Assembly (NCBI GenBank): GCA_965203805.1
Contig: OZ241917.1
Span: 5,600,001-5,664,000, forward strand
Reading direction: 5' to 3'
From: Candidatus Latescibacterota bacterium
GTDB lineage: Bacteria > Latescibacterota > UBA2968 > GCA-2709665
DNA length: 64,000 bases
The notes under the pieces are model-generated. The model worked only from the letters and a program-made list of their open reading frames with translations, was not told the origin of the DNA and ran no database searches. Position 1 is the stretch's first letter, and each line of letters begins with the position of its first letter. Shown here one piece after another: positions 39,726-50,259 of this stretch. Position numbers and translations under genes: made by a program.

Positions 39726-40904
39726 CTATTTCAGGGCCAGGACTCTCGATTTCCCCGCGTCGCGCGGCTTGTGGACCCTTCCCTTCCAGACGAAACTGCC
39801 GAACGAACCGGTCAACCCCACGAAAACCGTGTAAGGTATCTGCAGGAACTCCCAGACCGGCAGCACTGGCAGGAGGTCCGACCGGCCGAACTTCCGTGCG
39901 CCTTTCCATACCACAGCGAGGTCCGCCAAGGTCCTGGCCGCGAAACAGGCCAGCGGCAGACCGACGCCGGTTCCCGCGATCGCCGAAATCAATGCAACGG
40001 GAAAGAACAGGTTGAGCGTAAACACATTCGCGAGATAGGCGAAAAATACCGGATTGAGCGCCAGCATGCACCGCGCGTTCGACGCCCATCGCCGCCGCTG
40101 GGTCCAGAATCCCGCCATGGTTTCGGCGCGACGGGTGCTGACGAAGGTGTGAGGGTCGTCTGCAAAAACGATCTTTGCGCCGGCCCGGCGGAACAACTGA
40201 AGCAGGAGGACGTCGTCGCCGGACGGACGGTGCGCGATTTCCTCGAATCCGGCGACCCGCTCGAAAAGCGCTTTCCGGTAGCCGAAATTCTGTCCCGATG
40301 CGGCCAGCGGCACACCGAGGTTGGCGGCGCCGGCGGAAGCGGACATGAGCGCGAGAAAGTCCAACGCCTGGATGCGCTCCGCCGGCGTCAGCGGGTCCCC
40401 GGCGTTTTTTACCTGTGAGAACCCGATGACCGCATCCGCGCCGGCGTCGAAATGCGAAACCATTCCTGAAATCCAGGTGGTCGGAACGTCGCAGTCCGCG
40501 TCGGTCGTCAGGATGATGCTCCCGCGCGCGGCCCGGATGCCCTCGGAGAGCGGCCGTTTCTTTGCCGCCATATGCCGGAACGCGTCCGTGACTTCAATGC
40601 TCCGGATCCGGGTGTGCCTGGCTGCGAATTCGGCCGAGATCGCCGGGGTATCGTCCGTGGAGCCGTCGTCGACGACCAGGACTTCGTACCGGTCGGCCGG
40701 GTACGTCTGGCCGATCAGTCCCGTGAGGCAATCGGCGATCTGATCCGCTTCGTCTCTTGCGGCAATCACCACCGATACGAACGGAAAGGTGCAGGTGTCA
40801 GCGCGCCGGATCCTTCGCCGCAGGCCGATCAGGAACGCCAGGGCGGCGGCCGCGTACACAGCCGTAGAGACCATCAGGATCGCATGGATCAGGGTGGTTG
40901 ACAC
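39726..40904 (-). CDS. Glycosyltransferase family 2, membrane-bound
   Basis: SVVIAARDE, VDDGSTD, TDAD, SGDD, QRRRW. Confidence 0.92.
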   Translation of the reverse strand: MSTTLIHAILMVSTAVYAAAALAFLIGLRRRIRRADTCTFPFVSVVIAARDEADQIADCLTGLIGQTYPADRYEVLVVDDGSTDDTPAISAEFAARHTRIRSIEVTDAFRHMAAKKRPLSEGIRAARGSIILTTDADCDVPTTWISGMVSHFDAGADAVIGFSQVKNAGDPLTPAERIQALDFLALMSASAGAANLGVPLAASGQNFGYRKALFERVAGFEEIAHRPSGDDVLLLQLFRRAGAKIVFADDPHTFVSTRRAETMAGFWTQRRRWASNARCMLALNPVFFAYLANVFTLNLFFPVALISAIAGTGVGLPLACFAARTLADLAVVWKGARKFGRSDLLPVLPVWEFLQIPYTVFVGLTGSFGSFVWKGRVHKPRDAGKSRVLALK

Positions 40905-41041
40905 GGGTGACCAGGTTGGGAAGGGGTTGAAATCGGGTTCTCCACGCTCGCGTAGCGCGGCCGATGCACGGCGGATGCATTGGAAGAATCTGGAGCGGTG
41001 GGCATTTTCCCGGCGTTTGTGCCTTTTTCCTGTCTATCCTG

Positions 41042-41074
41042 CCTGCCTGTGCCGTGCTCGGCACGGCAGACAGG
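41042..41074. repeat. 33-nt mini-hairpin insertion
   Basis: CCTGCCTG-TG-CCGTGCTCGGCACGG-CAGACAGG within a low-complexity ATCCTG/TCCATCC intergenic repeat. Confidence 0.85.
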
Positions 41075-41112
41075 TCCATCCATGTAAATTCACGCTTCTT
41101 GATTTGAAGAGG

Positions 41113-42171
41113 CTAATGTTCCACCACTTCGATATCGTAGAACAGCCCCTTGATACCTTCTGAACAGTTGTTGCAGATGGGCACGGCGGACCGGTCCTTG
41201 AGGATGGCGTTTCTGAAACCGGTATACGCCTCACCGGACCAGGTGTCTTCGAAGTCCGGGTTTTCCAGTGCATTGCCCAGGCCGTAGTGAACGTCTTTGT
41301 CAAAACAGCACGGCGAAACGGCCCCGTCCCAGTTGACGACGGTACTGTACCAGAGGTGCCTGCAGGAATTGGTTATCCTGCCGTTCATCGTCAGCGTGTC
41401 CGTGTCGTAGCGATAGCGGCTGAGAGATTCGTCTTCGGGGAGATATTGTTCCGCTTCGGCGTCCGTATAGACCTGGGCGGTTTTCAGCGACAGCCGGTCC
41501 ACGCCGAGTTCCCGGGCGAGGTTCCGGGCGGCTTCGATCTCGGTTTCGTTGTGTTTGAAGATGATGAATTGCAGGTGAATGACGGGATGGTCCGCGTTCA
41601 GCGTCTTCTTTGCCGCGCTGAGGAGGCGGATTCCGTCCAGGACCCGGTCGAAGTTGCCCCCGACGCGGTACTTGACGTAGGATTCCGCGGTCACCCCGTC
41701 CAGGGAGACCACGATTTCGTCCAGCCCGGAGGAGACGATATCTTCGGCGTCGTCTCGGCTTCGGATGTAGTGGACATTGGTGCTGGTGATGGTGGGTACG
41801 TTGTGGGCTTTGGCCAGCCGGACCATGTCGGTCAGCCGCTTGTTGATGAAGGGCTCGCCCTGGTTCCACAGCATCAGGAGCACGAGGTCTTTCGCCTGCT
41901 CCTCGAAGATTCGCTTGAAGGCTTCGAATTCCATCGTGCCGCGGGGCCTTGTGAGTCCCCCGTTGCCGGATGGGCAGAGCGGACATTTGAGATTGCAGAG
42001 GTTTGTGGGCTCCAGCATCAGGATGAAGGGCCGCCCCATTCGGATATCGCGTCCGGCCAGCCGCGACAGGACGAACGAGAGGACCACCTTGGCGGCGTTC
42101 CAGACGCGTCGGACTGTCAGCGTCCGATGGTATCGCGCAACGGTTCCGGGCAACAGCCTGAGTGAGAGCAT
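41113..42171 (-). CDS. Radical SAM/SPASM domain protein
   Basis: CNLKCPLC, QGEP and C-terminal C..W....NWDG.V.PCC...CNNC. Confidence 0.92.
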   Translation of the reverse strand: MLSLRLLPGTVARYHRTLTVRRVWNAAKVVLSFVLSRLAGRDIRMGRPFILMLEPTNLCNLKCPLCPSGNGGLTRPRGTMEFEAFKRIFEEQAKDLVLLMLWNQGEPFINKRLTDMVRLAKAHNVPTITSTNVHYIRSRDDAEDIVSSGLDEIVVSLDGVTAESYVKYRVGGNFDRVLDGIRLLSAAKKTLNADHPVIHLQFIIFKHNETEIEAARNLARELGVDRLSLKTAQVYTDAEAEQYLPEDESLSRYRYDTDTLTMNGRITNSCRHLWYSTVVNWDGAVSPCCFDKDVHYGLGNALENPDFEDTWSGEAYTGFRNAILKDRSAVPICNNCSEGIKGLFYDIEVVEH

Positions 42172-42173
42172 AC

Positions 42174-43274
42174 CTATTTCCAGCGGGAGCGCGCCAGTGC
42201 GCCGGCGGCGCAGATGACGACGACGTACGGTACGGATATCAGTTCAAGGAGCGGAAACAACCGGAGGATTCTCCGCGCATTGAAACGGCGGGCGGCGCCG
42301 GACAGCAGCAGCCAGTCGGCGAGTATTTTTGCCGCGCCAATCATACCGAAGGGGAATCGGAGCGCGGGATGCAGCCAGGCGAGGAAAGGCGCCGCGGCGA
42401 GGACCACGTGGAATATATAGAGAGTCAACGCGACAGGCAAGACCGAAAATCCGTAATGGACCGCTTTTGACTGGTAGCGGACCTGGCGGCGGTACAGGCC
42501 GTCCGTATGCGGGGATGAACGCACGCATGCGTCCGGGTTGAATCGGATGCGCCAGGCCGTTTTCGAGGCGATGCGCCGCATCAGCAGGACGTCGTCTCCA
42601 CCGCGGATATGACCGATGGGATCGAATCCTCCCGCATCGTGGAAGGCCGACCTGCGATAGGCGAGATTCCGTCCGGTACACGTCAGAGGAAAACCCAGAC
42701 CGATGCTGCCGGCCGCCAGGGTGGACACCACCAGTCCCTGCAGGGCAAGCAGGCCGGACAGGGCCCCGCGCTTCGGGATCAGGGGCGCATATCCCGCGAC
42801 CATGCCGACGTCGGGATCGAAAGCGCGCACCGTGGAAGCGATCCAGTCGGATGAAGGGATGCAGTCGGCGTCCGTTGTGAGGATGATTTCCCCGGCGCCG
42901 GCGCGGATGCCGGCGTCCAGGGCATTTTTCTTCGAGCAGGCGTGCGGGCCGCCGGTCGCCTGTACCACCTTGAGGCCGGGAATGCGGTCGGTCCACGCCA
43001 TCGCGATGCGCGCGGTGTCATCCGTGGAATGGTCGTCGACGACGATGACCAGGGTGCGTTCTGGAGGATAGGTCTGTTCGGCGAGGGCCGAGAGGCACCC
43101 GTCGATACGATGGGCTTCGTTGCGGGCGGGAATGACAACCGTGACGTCGGGGGTATCGGCGTTGCTGCCGGCCGACAGGCGACTCAGACCTCTATGGATC
43201 GCGCCCGCGACGACGACGTAGACCAGGCAGAGGAGAGATGAGACGAATGCCAGCGCTTCCATCGGAGCCGTCAC
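42174..43274 (-). CDS. Glycosyltransferase family 2, membrane-bound
   Basis: VVIPARNE, VDDHSTD, TDAD, GGDD; paralog of 39726-40904. Confidence 0.92.
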   Translation of the reverse strand: MTAPMEALAFVSSLLCLVYVVVAGAIHRGLSRLSAGSNADTPDVTVVIPARNEAHRIDGCLSALAEQTYPPERTLVIVVDDHSTDDTARIAMAWTDRIPGLKVVQATGGPHACSKKNALDAGIRAGAGEIILTTDADCIPSSDWIASTVRAFDPDVGMVAGYAPLIPKRGALSGLLALQGLVVSTLAAGSIGLGFPLTCTGRNLAYRRSAFHDAGGFDPIGHIRGGDDVLLMRRIASKTAWRIRFNPDACVRSSPHTDGLYRRQVRYQSKAVHYGFSVLPVALTLYIFHVVLAAAPFLAWLHPALRFPFGMIGAAKILADWLLLSGAARRFNARRILRLFPLLELISVPYVVVICAAGALARSRWK

Positions 43275-44452
43275 GTGTCACCGGGGCGGTCGGCATCATC
43301 GATGCACTGCCGGATCCAGGCCAGGTTGGCTTCCGGCATAATGCCGTAATTGTAGAACGAAAACCGGCGGATGCCCAGGCCCAGTGCGCGTTCGACGCCA
43401 GCGCTGAGTGTGCGGGCGTCCGGAGACGCGGGAGGATATGCCTGCAGACCCACGACGAGTTGCTGCGGGTTCTTCAGGTCGGGCACGATTTCGGAAATCG
43501 CCCCTTGAATCCGTTCGGTGTCCGGTGTGTACGCGAGGGTTTCCGCATAGTCCGCGATGTTCGCCAGGCGCGAGCGGTCGATTGCCGCGTGAAACCGGTC
43601 GCCCATGAAGATGAATGAGACAGGGACCCCGGCGGCGGCTTTTACCTCTTCCAGCAGGCTCGCGACCACCTCGTCGCGCATCCGGACGAACGGCTCGAGT
43701 TGCGGAATCGAGGCGATGAGTTCCTCGCGGGACCCGGCGGGCGGGATGCCGGAAGCCAGGGTCCGGCGCAGCCTGGATTCCACGGCCCGCGAAAGGGCGT
43801 CGGGGTCCAGGCCGTTCTCTTTCGCCCTCGAACGACAGGCGTCGCAGAAGCAAAGGGAGAGGAGAAATCGCCCTCCGGGCCCGAGGTCGACGCCGTGTTT
43901 GACGTGATAATGCGTGTGTCCGAACCCGCCGTAGGAGAGGGATTCGCATTCCAAAAGGGCGATTCCGTAGTTTTCGGCGAGGTCCCGGGCCAGTGCCGCG
44001 GCGAACGCGCGGACCCCCGGGTTGGCCGGGCAGAGCCAGGAGGTGCTGACGTCGCCGGTACAGGTGACTTCAGCGCATTCAGGATGGCGCCCGGCCTGGT
44101 ACGAGTTGTGAAGAAATACCGTCCACGCGATAAGTTCCAGTCCGGCGCCTGCCGCGGCCCCGGCGGCGTCCGCGTACCAGTTCTCGCCGCCCATGAGCGG
44201 GCTGACGTGAGGTTGTATGGGTGTGTCGGCATACAGGCCCGCGCCGGGCTGAAAATAGACGGCGGCCTGGGGGATCTGGAGCAGCACCTGCGTCGGCGAA
44301 TGCGGGCGCAACATCTCGAAGGTGTGGTACGCCGAAGCCAGGCTGATGGCATCCAGGCCGACTTCGTCCCGGAGCCGGGTTGCGACGGCTTCGGGCCCGC
44401 CGTCGGCGAGGTCCCACGGGTAGGACCAGAGCGTGGTGTGCAGGTCGGACAA
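43271..44452 (-). CDS. Hypothetical TIM-barrel, glycoside hydrolase-like protein
   Basis: 393 aa with YPWD, AYH, LCPANP, CFCDAC and FYNYG; overlaps the GT2 start. Confidence 0.6.
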   Translation of the reverse strand: MSDLHTTLWSYPWDLADGGPEAVATRLRDEVGLDAISLASAYHTFEMLRPHSPTQVLLQIPQAAVYFQPGAGLYADTPIQPHVSPLMGGENWYADAAGAAAGAGLELIAWTVFLHNSYQAGRHPECAEVTCTGDVSTSWLCPANPGVRAFAAALARDLAENYGIALLECESLSYGGFGHTHYHVKHGVDLGPGGRFLLSLCFCDACRSRAKENGLDPDALSRAVESRLRRTLASGIPPAGSREELIASIPQLEPFVRMRDEVVASLLEEVKAAAGVPVSFIFMGDRFHAAIDRSRLANIADYAETLAYTPDTERIQGAISEIVPDLKNPQQLVVGLQAYPPASPDARTLSAGVERALGLGIRRFSFYNYGIMPEANLAWIRQCIDDADRPGDT

Positions 44453-44599
44453 TCAGGTTTCTCCGGATAGGTTGCGTTGGCGCCGGACCGTCGGCCAATC
44501 GCGCTCTTTCCGTCGCGCAGCACATATCACTGCGGCGTTGATGGTACCATCTATTGTTGGGGATTGCAAGGGATATCGGGGGTAGTTCACCAGTTCGGA

Positions 44600-44836
44600 C
44601 GACCTACCCCCTTTCCCCCTTCCCGGGGGGACGGGGGAACTGTGATCCCGTCACGGTCTCTCCTGGTTTTCTCCCCCTTTCCCTCCGGGAGAGGGGGCCG
44701 GGGGGAGAGGTCTGCGTGCCGTCTGTGCCTACCACGTGACGGTGCAGACGTCAAGGGGTTTGGCTTTTGATTCAAGCTGACGGCTGATAGCTGACAGCTG
44801 CTCTTTGCTGCATCTACCGTCTACCCTCTCCCCGCT
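44600..44836. repeat. Composite intergenic repeat
   Basis: CCCCTTCCC..GGGGG hairpins, a GACGTCAA..TTCAAGCTG unit and GCTGAnn heptamers. Confidence 0.7.
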
Positions 44837-44837
44837 C

Positions 44838-45980
44838 TTAGATGTATCCCGTCGACCCATCCGGGCGTACGGGCGCGGTGCGTTGCCAGTGGGGGACGTC
44901 TTCATCGGTTAGCGCGTCCTCGTTCACGTCGATACCCAGCCCGGGCCGGTCTCTTAGTTCCAGGTATCCATCCACCGGCAGATAGGGATCCGGGACGTAC
45001 TCCATCCATCTCGAGCCCACCGGGATGACGTATTCCAGGATCTTGAAGTTATGCGTTGCGGCGGCGAAGTGCACGTTGACCGCCGTTGCGATCGGCCCCA
45101 TGGGGTTGTGCGGCGCGATCGTGACGTAATGGGCCTCGGCGATAGCGGCGATCTTCCGCATTTCGAGCAGACCCCCGCATACGCAGACGTCGGGCTGGAT
45201 GATGTCGGCGGCCCTGGCGGCGATGAGATTCAGGAATTCGAACCGCGCGTAGAGACTCTCGCCGGTTGCCAGCGGTACCTGCATCTGGCTGCGCAGCTGT
45301 TCCCAGGCGGGGATGTGTTCCGGCCGAAGGGGCTCTTCGTAAAACAGGGGGTCATACGGCGCGAGCGCGTTGGCGAGCTGCAGGGCTCGGATGGGTTCGA
45401 AGATCTTCGCGTGCGGGTCGAACGCGAATTCCCAGTCGTCGGGGGTACAATCGCGGAGCTCTTCGAAATACGTGGCCGCGGCGTCGCAGACCCGTCCCCA
45501 GCGGTTCGCGTCGGGATTCAACAGGAAGGGGCTGGTCTTGAACGCGGTGAATCCCCATTTGTCGTTCAATCGCTGCGCCCCTTCGGCCGCGACCGCGCCG
45601 GTGGGCCCGCCGCAGCTCTGGTAGACCCTCACGCGGTCGCGCAGATTGCCGCCGAGAAGCATGTATACCGGTACGTTTGCCGCTTTGCCGCTGATATCCC
45701 ACAGTGCGTGTTCGATGCCGGAGATCGCGGCCAGGCCGGTACCGCCCGGGGGAAAGCGGAACTGCTGATGGGTCTTCATCATCAGGTATTCGATACGGCG
45801 GGGGTCTTCGCCCACGAACCACGTGGCGATATAGTTTACGATGGGCTCGACGGAGAGGTCCGGCCCGATGGAATAGGCTTCGCCCCATCCGTAAATTCCC
45901 TCGTCGGTTTCCACCTTGATAAGGGCCCTGGGACGGTTGCTGTAGGTGACGAGAAAGGTCTTTATCGCGGTGATTTTCAT
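44838..45980 (-). CDS. Mandelate racemase/enolase-superfamily dehydratase (galactonate dehydratase-like)
   Basis: MKITAIK, ETDEGIYGWGE, ALWDISGK, EEP, ATGE, QPD, APHNP. Confidence 0.9.
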   Translation of the reverse strand: MKITAIKTFLVTYSNRPRALIKVETDEGIYGWGEAYSIGPDLSVEPIVNYIATWFVGEDPRRIEYLMMKTHQQFRFPPGGTGLAAISGIEHALWDISGKAANVPVYMLLGGNLRDRVRVYQSCGGPTGAVAAEGAQRLNDKWGFTAFKTSPFLLNPDANRWGRVCDAAATYFEELRDCTPDDWEFAFDPHAKIFEPIRALQLANALAPYDPLFYEEPLRPEHIPAWEQLRSQMQVPLATGESLYARFEFLNLIAARAADIIQPDVCVCGGLLEMRKIAAIAEAHYVTIAPHNPMGPIATAVNVHFAAATHNFKILEYVIPVGSRWMEYVPDPYLPVDGYLELRDRPGLGIDVNEDALTDEDVPHWQRTAPVRPDGSTGYI

Positions 45981-46237
45981 GGTGGAAGCTCTCCTTTGGT
46001 TGGGGATTCGGACGTTGGGCTTGATTCGGGATTGTACAGGAAGAGGTCGCCGGGCGTACAATCAAGCGCCTGGCAGAGCGTTTCGATGGTGGCCAGATCG
46101 ATCCGCTTTGCCCGGTTATTGAAAATGGCGGAGACGGTGTTGGCCTGAAGACCCGTCAGCCCGGCGATTTCCGAGATCCTGTACGGACGGTCCGGCCCTT
46201 TTTCAGCCATGAGGATATGGAGTTGGAATTTCAGCAT
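45977..46237 (-). CDS. Cro/C1-type HTH regulator
   Basis: ISEIAGLTGLQANTVS..IDLATIETLCQALDCTPGDLF. Confidence 0.85.
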   Translation of the reverse strand: MLKFQLHILMAEKGPDRPYRISEIAGLTGLQANTVSAIFNNRAKRIDLATIETLCQALDCTPGDLFLYNPESSPTSESPTKGELPP

Positions 46238-46511
46238 ACGACGAGTCTGCGTTCCGGTTTTCGGGGTGACAGGCAGCGGCAATGATCCGCTGGAAAAATG
46301 TAATACAGATGGTTAAAAATATAAAATATAATTATTTTCACGTAATTAGTTAATTGTTTTTGAGAGAAGTCAATCTATCGACCAATGTGGCGTCGATGAA
46401 GCTGGAAGGCTCGACCGCGTGACAGAAAGGGTCCGACAAAATGCCTTCGCCGGCATCTGTCGCACGGAGTTTCCTGAATCCGGCGTGTCTCTCCTGCGCT
46501 TTCAAGGTTTC

Positions 46512-47012
46512 TCAGTCGGTGATGGTGAGCGAGATGCCCGCCTTCGCGCCGAATTTATCCTCCGTCGCGTCGCCCACGCCCCGGTCCATGGTCGTTTCGG
46601 CGAATAGGCGCAACGGCCCCAGCCATTTGATGTTCAGCCCCGCCACGGCGGAAACGAGCACTTTCGTGGACGATCCGTCGATCAGTTCGGCTTCCGATTC
46701 CTTTTTTGTATAAATCACGCCGCTGCCGACGCCGGCGTAGACGCGCAACGAGCCCCCCAATGAGAATTTGTAGAGTCCACGGATGGACAAGGGCACCGTG
46801 ATATTGCCGTCTTTCGTGTAGTATTCGCCGGCCAGCATGATCCCGGCGGGTTTGCTGCCGAACGGCATGATTACGGATCCGTGCCAACCGGGTTCCTTCT
46901 CTTCGACGTACAGACCGCCCCCGGCGCGGAAGGCAATCTGTGCGTGGGCATTTGTAGCGGCCGAACCCAGCAGGCAGAAGACGGCAAATGCCGGGGCGAG
47001 ATATCGGATCAT
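46512..47012 (-). CDS. Putative small outer-membrane beta-barrel protein
   Basis: Signal peptide (AHA) and amphipathic strands such as VYAGVGSG. Confidence 0.65.
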   Translation of the reverse strand: MIRYLAPAFAVFCLLGSAATNAHAQIAFRAGGGLYVEEKEPGWHGSVIMPFGSKPAGIMLAGEYYTKDGNITVPLSIRGLYKFSLGGSLRVYAGVGSGVIYTKKESEAELIDGSSTKVLVSAVAGLNIKWLGPLRLFAETTMDRGVGDATEDKFGAKAGISLTITD

Positions 47013-47061
47013 GAATTCGCTCTCCTTTCGTGATTGAGATGACTGGATCGGGACTCCGCCC

Positions 47062-47424
47062 TCAATACCCGTAGGCGATTCCCAGGCGAACCGCAGCCGC
47101 CCGCAGATTTCCCTCGGAAGTCCACAGCAGCAGGTCCGACAAGCGGGCCGAAGCCATCAGGTGCGCGTCGATATAGCCAACCCCCGCGGCCGACAACCTG
47201 TGGTGATCGATGAAGTGCAGGACCTCCCGCTGGCTGGCCGAAGATGCCTGCGGTAGCGTCTGGATCAGCGCGAGGAATTCCGTTCTGTTGTCCAGCGTCC
47301 CGCAGGCAAGTTCTCCGACGATCAGCGGATGGCTGGCGACCCTGGCTTCACGAAGGAGCGACCTCAGGCGTTTATTCCCTGAGCGAAGGAACGAGACCCA
47401 TATCGGCGTATCGACAAGGACCAT
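47062..47424 (-). CDS. vapC: VapC PIN-domain toxin
   Basis: VLVDT..W, ELACG, GYIDAHL, LWT; the last conserved Asp appears as E. Confidence 0.88.
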   Translation of the reverse strand: MVLVDTPIWVSFLRSGNKRLRSLLREARVASHPLIVGELACGTLDNRTEFLALIQTLPQASSASQREVLHFIDHHRLSAAGVGYIDAHLMASARLSDLLLWTSEGNLRAAAVRLGIAYGY

Positions 47425-47426
47425 GG

Positions 47427-47624
47427 CTACGGGTTTTCCGGTCGCCGCCTCGGGACCGGCAGCAGGCTCTCCTCAGAGCCCTCGAGTTCCGCGAGGCGTT
47501 TGCTGCTTTCACGGGCGATCAGCGCTTCGAGGCCCAGCCTGACCAGGGCGGTTTTCTGTTTGATTCCGGTTAACGTGGATGCTCGGCTCAGCAGGGTATC
47601 GTCTATATTCAGTGTCGTTCGCAT
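47427..47624 (-). CDS. vapB: VapB antitoxin
   Basis: MRTTLNIDD..KTALVRLGLEALI. Confidence 0.88.
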   Translation of the reverse strand: MRTTLNIDDTLLSRASTLTGIKQKTALVRLGLEALIARESSKRLAELEGSEESLLPVPRRRPENP

Positions 47625-47632
47625 ATGCTATA

Positions 47633-47660
47633 ATATGTATATATTATACATATAAGTCAA
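47633..47660 (-). promoter_or_regulatory. vapBC promoter with palindromic operator
   Basis: ATATGTATA-TAT-TATACATAT palindrome next to a TTGACT -35 element. Confidence 0.6.
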
Positions 47661-47814
47661 TAGTAATAATATGCATAAAACGAAGTGCCGGAGAATCATG
47701 CAAAAAGCCGATGCCGCACGAGATTTGCTTTAGCGAGTAAACGACGGTATGTTAGGTTCGTCATGAACGGCCAGTATCCATTCTGAGCAGGGCAAAGTAT
47801 CTATAGGTAGAGCG

Positions 47815-49647
47815 ATGCCCGAATTCTTGAATGCCATCCGCCAGATCGTGAAGGTTTACCCCAGGTGTCTGAAGCTCGTCTGGCAGGCAGGACGATGGGT
47901 TGCAATCCGGGCGTTCGGCTTGAGCATTCTCAACTCGATGGTTCCCGTTGCGCAGGTTTGGATTTCGAAGGTGGCTGTCGACACCGTCGTGGATTCCCTG
48001 GGCGACAATTCGGGTACCCATGCCATCGACTGGCTCGAATTATTGTCGCCGATCGGCGCCATTCTCGCAGTCTGGATGGCTGGGGGAGTCTGCCAGTCCG
48101 CATCGCGAATGTTGTCGGAGCAATTGGGCCAGCAGGTCAGGAACTACTCCCAGTCGCTGATTTTTCGGAAGGCATCCGAACTTGATATGGCATTCTTCGA
48201 AAACCCCGAGTTCTTCGACGAAATGGAGAAAGCGAGGGGTGAAGGCTACCGTGCGAACAACCTGGCTGTCTTGTCCGTGAGCATCGTATCGTCATCCGTT
48301 TCTACGATCGCGATGCTGGCCCTGCTGTTGCATTTGCATTGGGCCGCGGTGCTGATTCTTGTCGCGACCACCCTGCCACAGGTGGTTGTGGCGGGCTATT
48401 TTGCCGGCAGGAGGTTTGCGCTGGAGGGTGCGGTCACCAGGAACCGGAGAATCAGTGATTACCTCTCGCGGCTATTGGGATCCCGTGAAGCGGTGAAAGA
48501 GATCCGGATCTTCGGCCTGCACGAGGAATTGTTGAGACGCTTCACCGGATACTGGAACACCTACGTCAAGCAATCGACCCGGCTGAAGTTCCGCCAGGAG
48601 AAACTCGGGTTCCTGTTCGGAGCGCTCTCGATGGCGGGCACGGCGGCGATATGGGGATTTGCTGTGGTGAGGGCGGCAGGCAAACAGATCACGGTGGGCG
48701 ACGTAGCGCTTGCCTTCCAGGCGGCTGAACGGAGCCGGTCGGGCCTGATGTCTCTGTTCTCGGATCTGGGATATTTCTACGAGCATACGATATTCGCTAG
48801 CATTCTCTTCAAGTTTCTGGATCTCGAGCGGTCGTCGGTTGAAGGAGCGCTCGCACCGATACCGGATTCGCCCGCACCCGTGCCGAAGAGAATCGATAAG
48901 GGGTTCGAATTTCGCAACGTATCGTTCCGTTACCCGGGTTCAGATCGTTTTATTCTGAAGAATCTCTCATTCACGATAAGGGCGGGTGAGTCCGCTGCCA
49001 TCGTGGGAGAAAATGGCGCAGGTAAGACGACGCTTGTGAAGCTCCTTGCCAGGTTCTATGATCCGACTGAAGGCGTCATCTTGCTGGACGGAAAGGATCT
49101 TCGCGATCACGACCCGAAAGATCTTCACAGGCATATCGGCGTCATTTTCCAGGACTATGTCCGATACGACCTTTCGGCGCGGGAAAACATCAGCTTCGGC
49201 CAGGTTGATCGAATGGAAAATGAGGAGGAAATCGCTGAAGCGGCCCGGAAGGGCGGCGCCACAGACGTTGTAGGAAGACTCCCGAGAGGAATGGACACGA
49301 TGCTTGGCAGGACGCTGGACGAAGGCGTAGATCTCTCCGGCGGGGAGTGGCAGAAAGTGGCGCTGAGCCGGGCGTTCATGCGCCGGGCTCAGATATTGAT
49401 CCTGGACGAGCCGACCGCAGCCCTGGATGCCTATGCCGAGTACGAGTTGCACCGGCAGTTCGCGGAACTGACAACCGGAAAGATGACGATTTTCATCTCC
49501 CATCGGTTTTCGACAGTGCGCATGGCCCGGCACATCCTCATTTTGTGTGACGGACAGCTGACCGAGGAGGGTTCACACGAGGAGTTGATGGCTATGGGTG
49601 GTTTGTACGCCGACATGTTCAACACTCAGGCGGAACACTACAGGTGA
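47815..49647 (+). CDS. ABC exporter, fused permease and ATPase
   Basis: GENGAGKT, LSGGEWQ, ILDEPT, SHR and N-terminal transmembrane domain. Confidence 0.95.
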   Translation: MPEFLNAIRQIVKVYPRCLKLVWQAGRWVAIRAFGLSILNSMVPVAQVWISKVAVDTVVDSLGDNSGTHAIDWLELLSPIGAILAVWMAGGVCQSASRMLSEQLGQQVRNYSQSLIFRKASELDMAFFENPEFFDEMEKARGEGYRANNLAVLSVSIVSSSVSTIAMLALLLHLHWAAVLILVATTLPQVVVAGYFAGRRFALEGAVTRNRRISDYLSRLLGSREAVKEIRIFGLHEELLRRFTGYWNTYVKQSTRLKFRQEKLGFLFGALSMAGTAAIWGFAVVRAAGKQITVGDVALAFQAAERSRSGLMSLFSDLGYFYEHTIFASILFKFLDLERSSVEGALAPIPDSPAPVPKRIDKGFEFRNVSFRYPGSDRFILKNLSFTIRAGESAAIVGENGAGKTTLVKLLARFYDPTEGVILLDGKDLRDHDPKDLHRHIGVIFQDYVRYDLSARENISFGQVDRMENEEEIAEAARKGGATDVVGRLPRGMDTMLGRTLDEGVDLSGGEWQKVALSRAFMRRAQILILDEPTAALDAYAEYELHRQFAELTTGKMTIFISHRFSTVRMARHILILCDGQLTEEGSHEELMAMGGLYADMFNTQAEHYR

Positions 49648-49783
49648 GGGTTTCACCCCGTGGCCCAGTGATTTCGCGGCGCTGACGTCAACGGGTTGGT
49701 TTTGACTCAAGCTAACGGCTGACTGCTGACCGCTGATCGCTGCCTCTCGACGGCCGGGGGGAGCGGTGGCCCGGGGGCAATCC

Positions 49784-50221
49784 ATGTCCGAAAAATTCAA
49801 ACTGATTCCTGAAGCGCACGTTTTTCTGATGAACGGGCGTGACGAAGTGTTGCTGTTGAGACGCTTCAATACGGGATACGAGGACGGGAAGTACAGCGTG
49901 ATCGCGGGGCATATCGACGGGAACGAGGAGGTCCGGGCGGCGGCAATCCGGGAAGCGCGGGAGGAGGCGGGAATCGACATCCGGCTATCGGACATCGAGG
50001 TCGTGGGCGTCATGCACCGTAAGGGTGATGGCGAACGGGTTTCGTTCTTTCTTACCGCCTTCAGGTGGCGCGGCAACGTTGTGAACGCCGAGCCCGATCT
50101 GTGTGACGACCTGTCATGGCATTCGGTCCGCAATCTCCCCGACAATATGGTGCCGTACGTCAGGCAGGGCCTCGAAAACTATCTCAACGGTCGATTCTAC
50201 GACAGTTTCGGGTGGGATTGA
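49784..50221 (+). CDS. NUDIX hydrolase
   Basis: AGHIDGNEEVRAAAIREAREEAG Nudix box. Confidence 0.92.
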   Translation: MSEKFKLIPEAHVFLMNGRDEVLLLRRFNTGYEDGKYSVIAGHIDGNEEVRAAAIREAREEAGIDIRLSDIEVVGVMHRKGDGERVSFFLTAFRWRGNVVNAEPDLCDDLSWHSVRNLPDNMVPYVRQGLENYLNGRFYDSFGWD

Positions 50222-50259
50222 ACATTGAGAAGCCGCGCAAGGCACGAGAGAGGACATCA

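Noticed and set aside
39448-40089. N-terminal extension of the 596-aa peptidase ORF
   Set aside because: Runs through intergenic repeats and overlaps the GT2 gene; a signal peptide begins at 39447.
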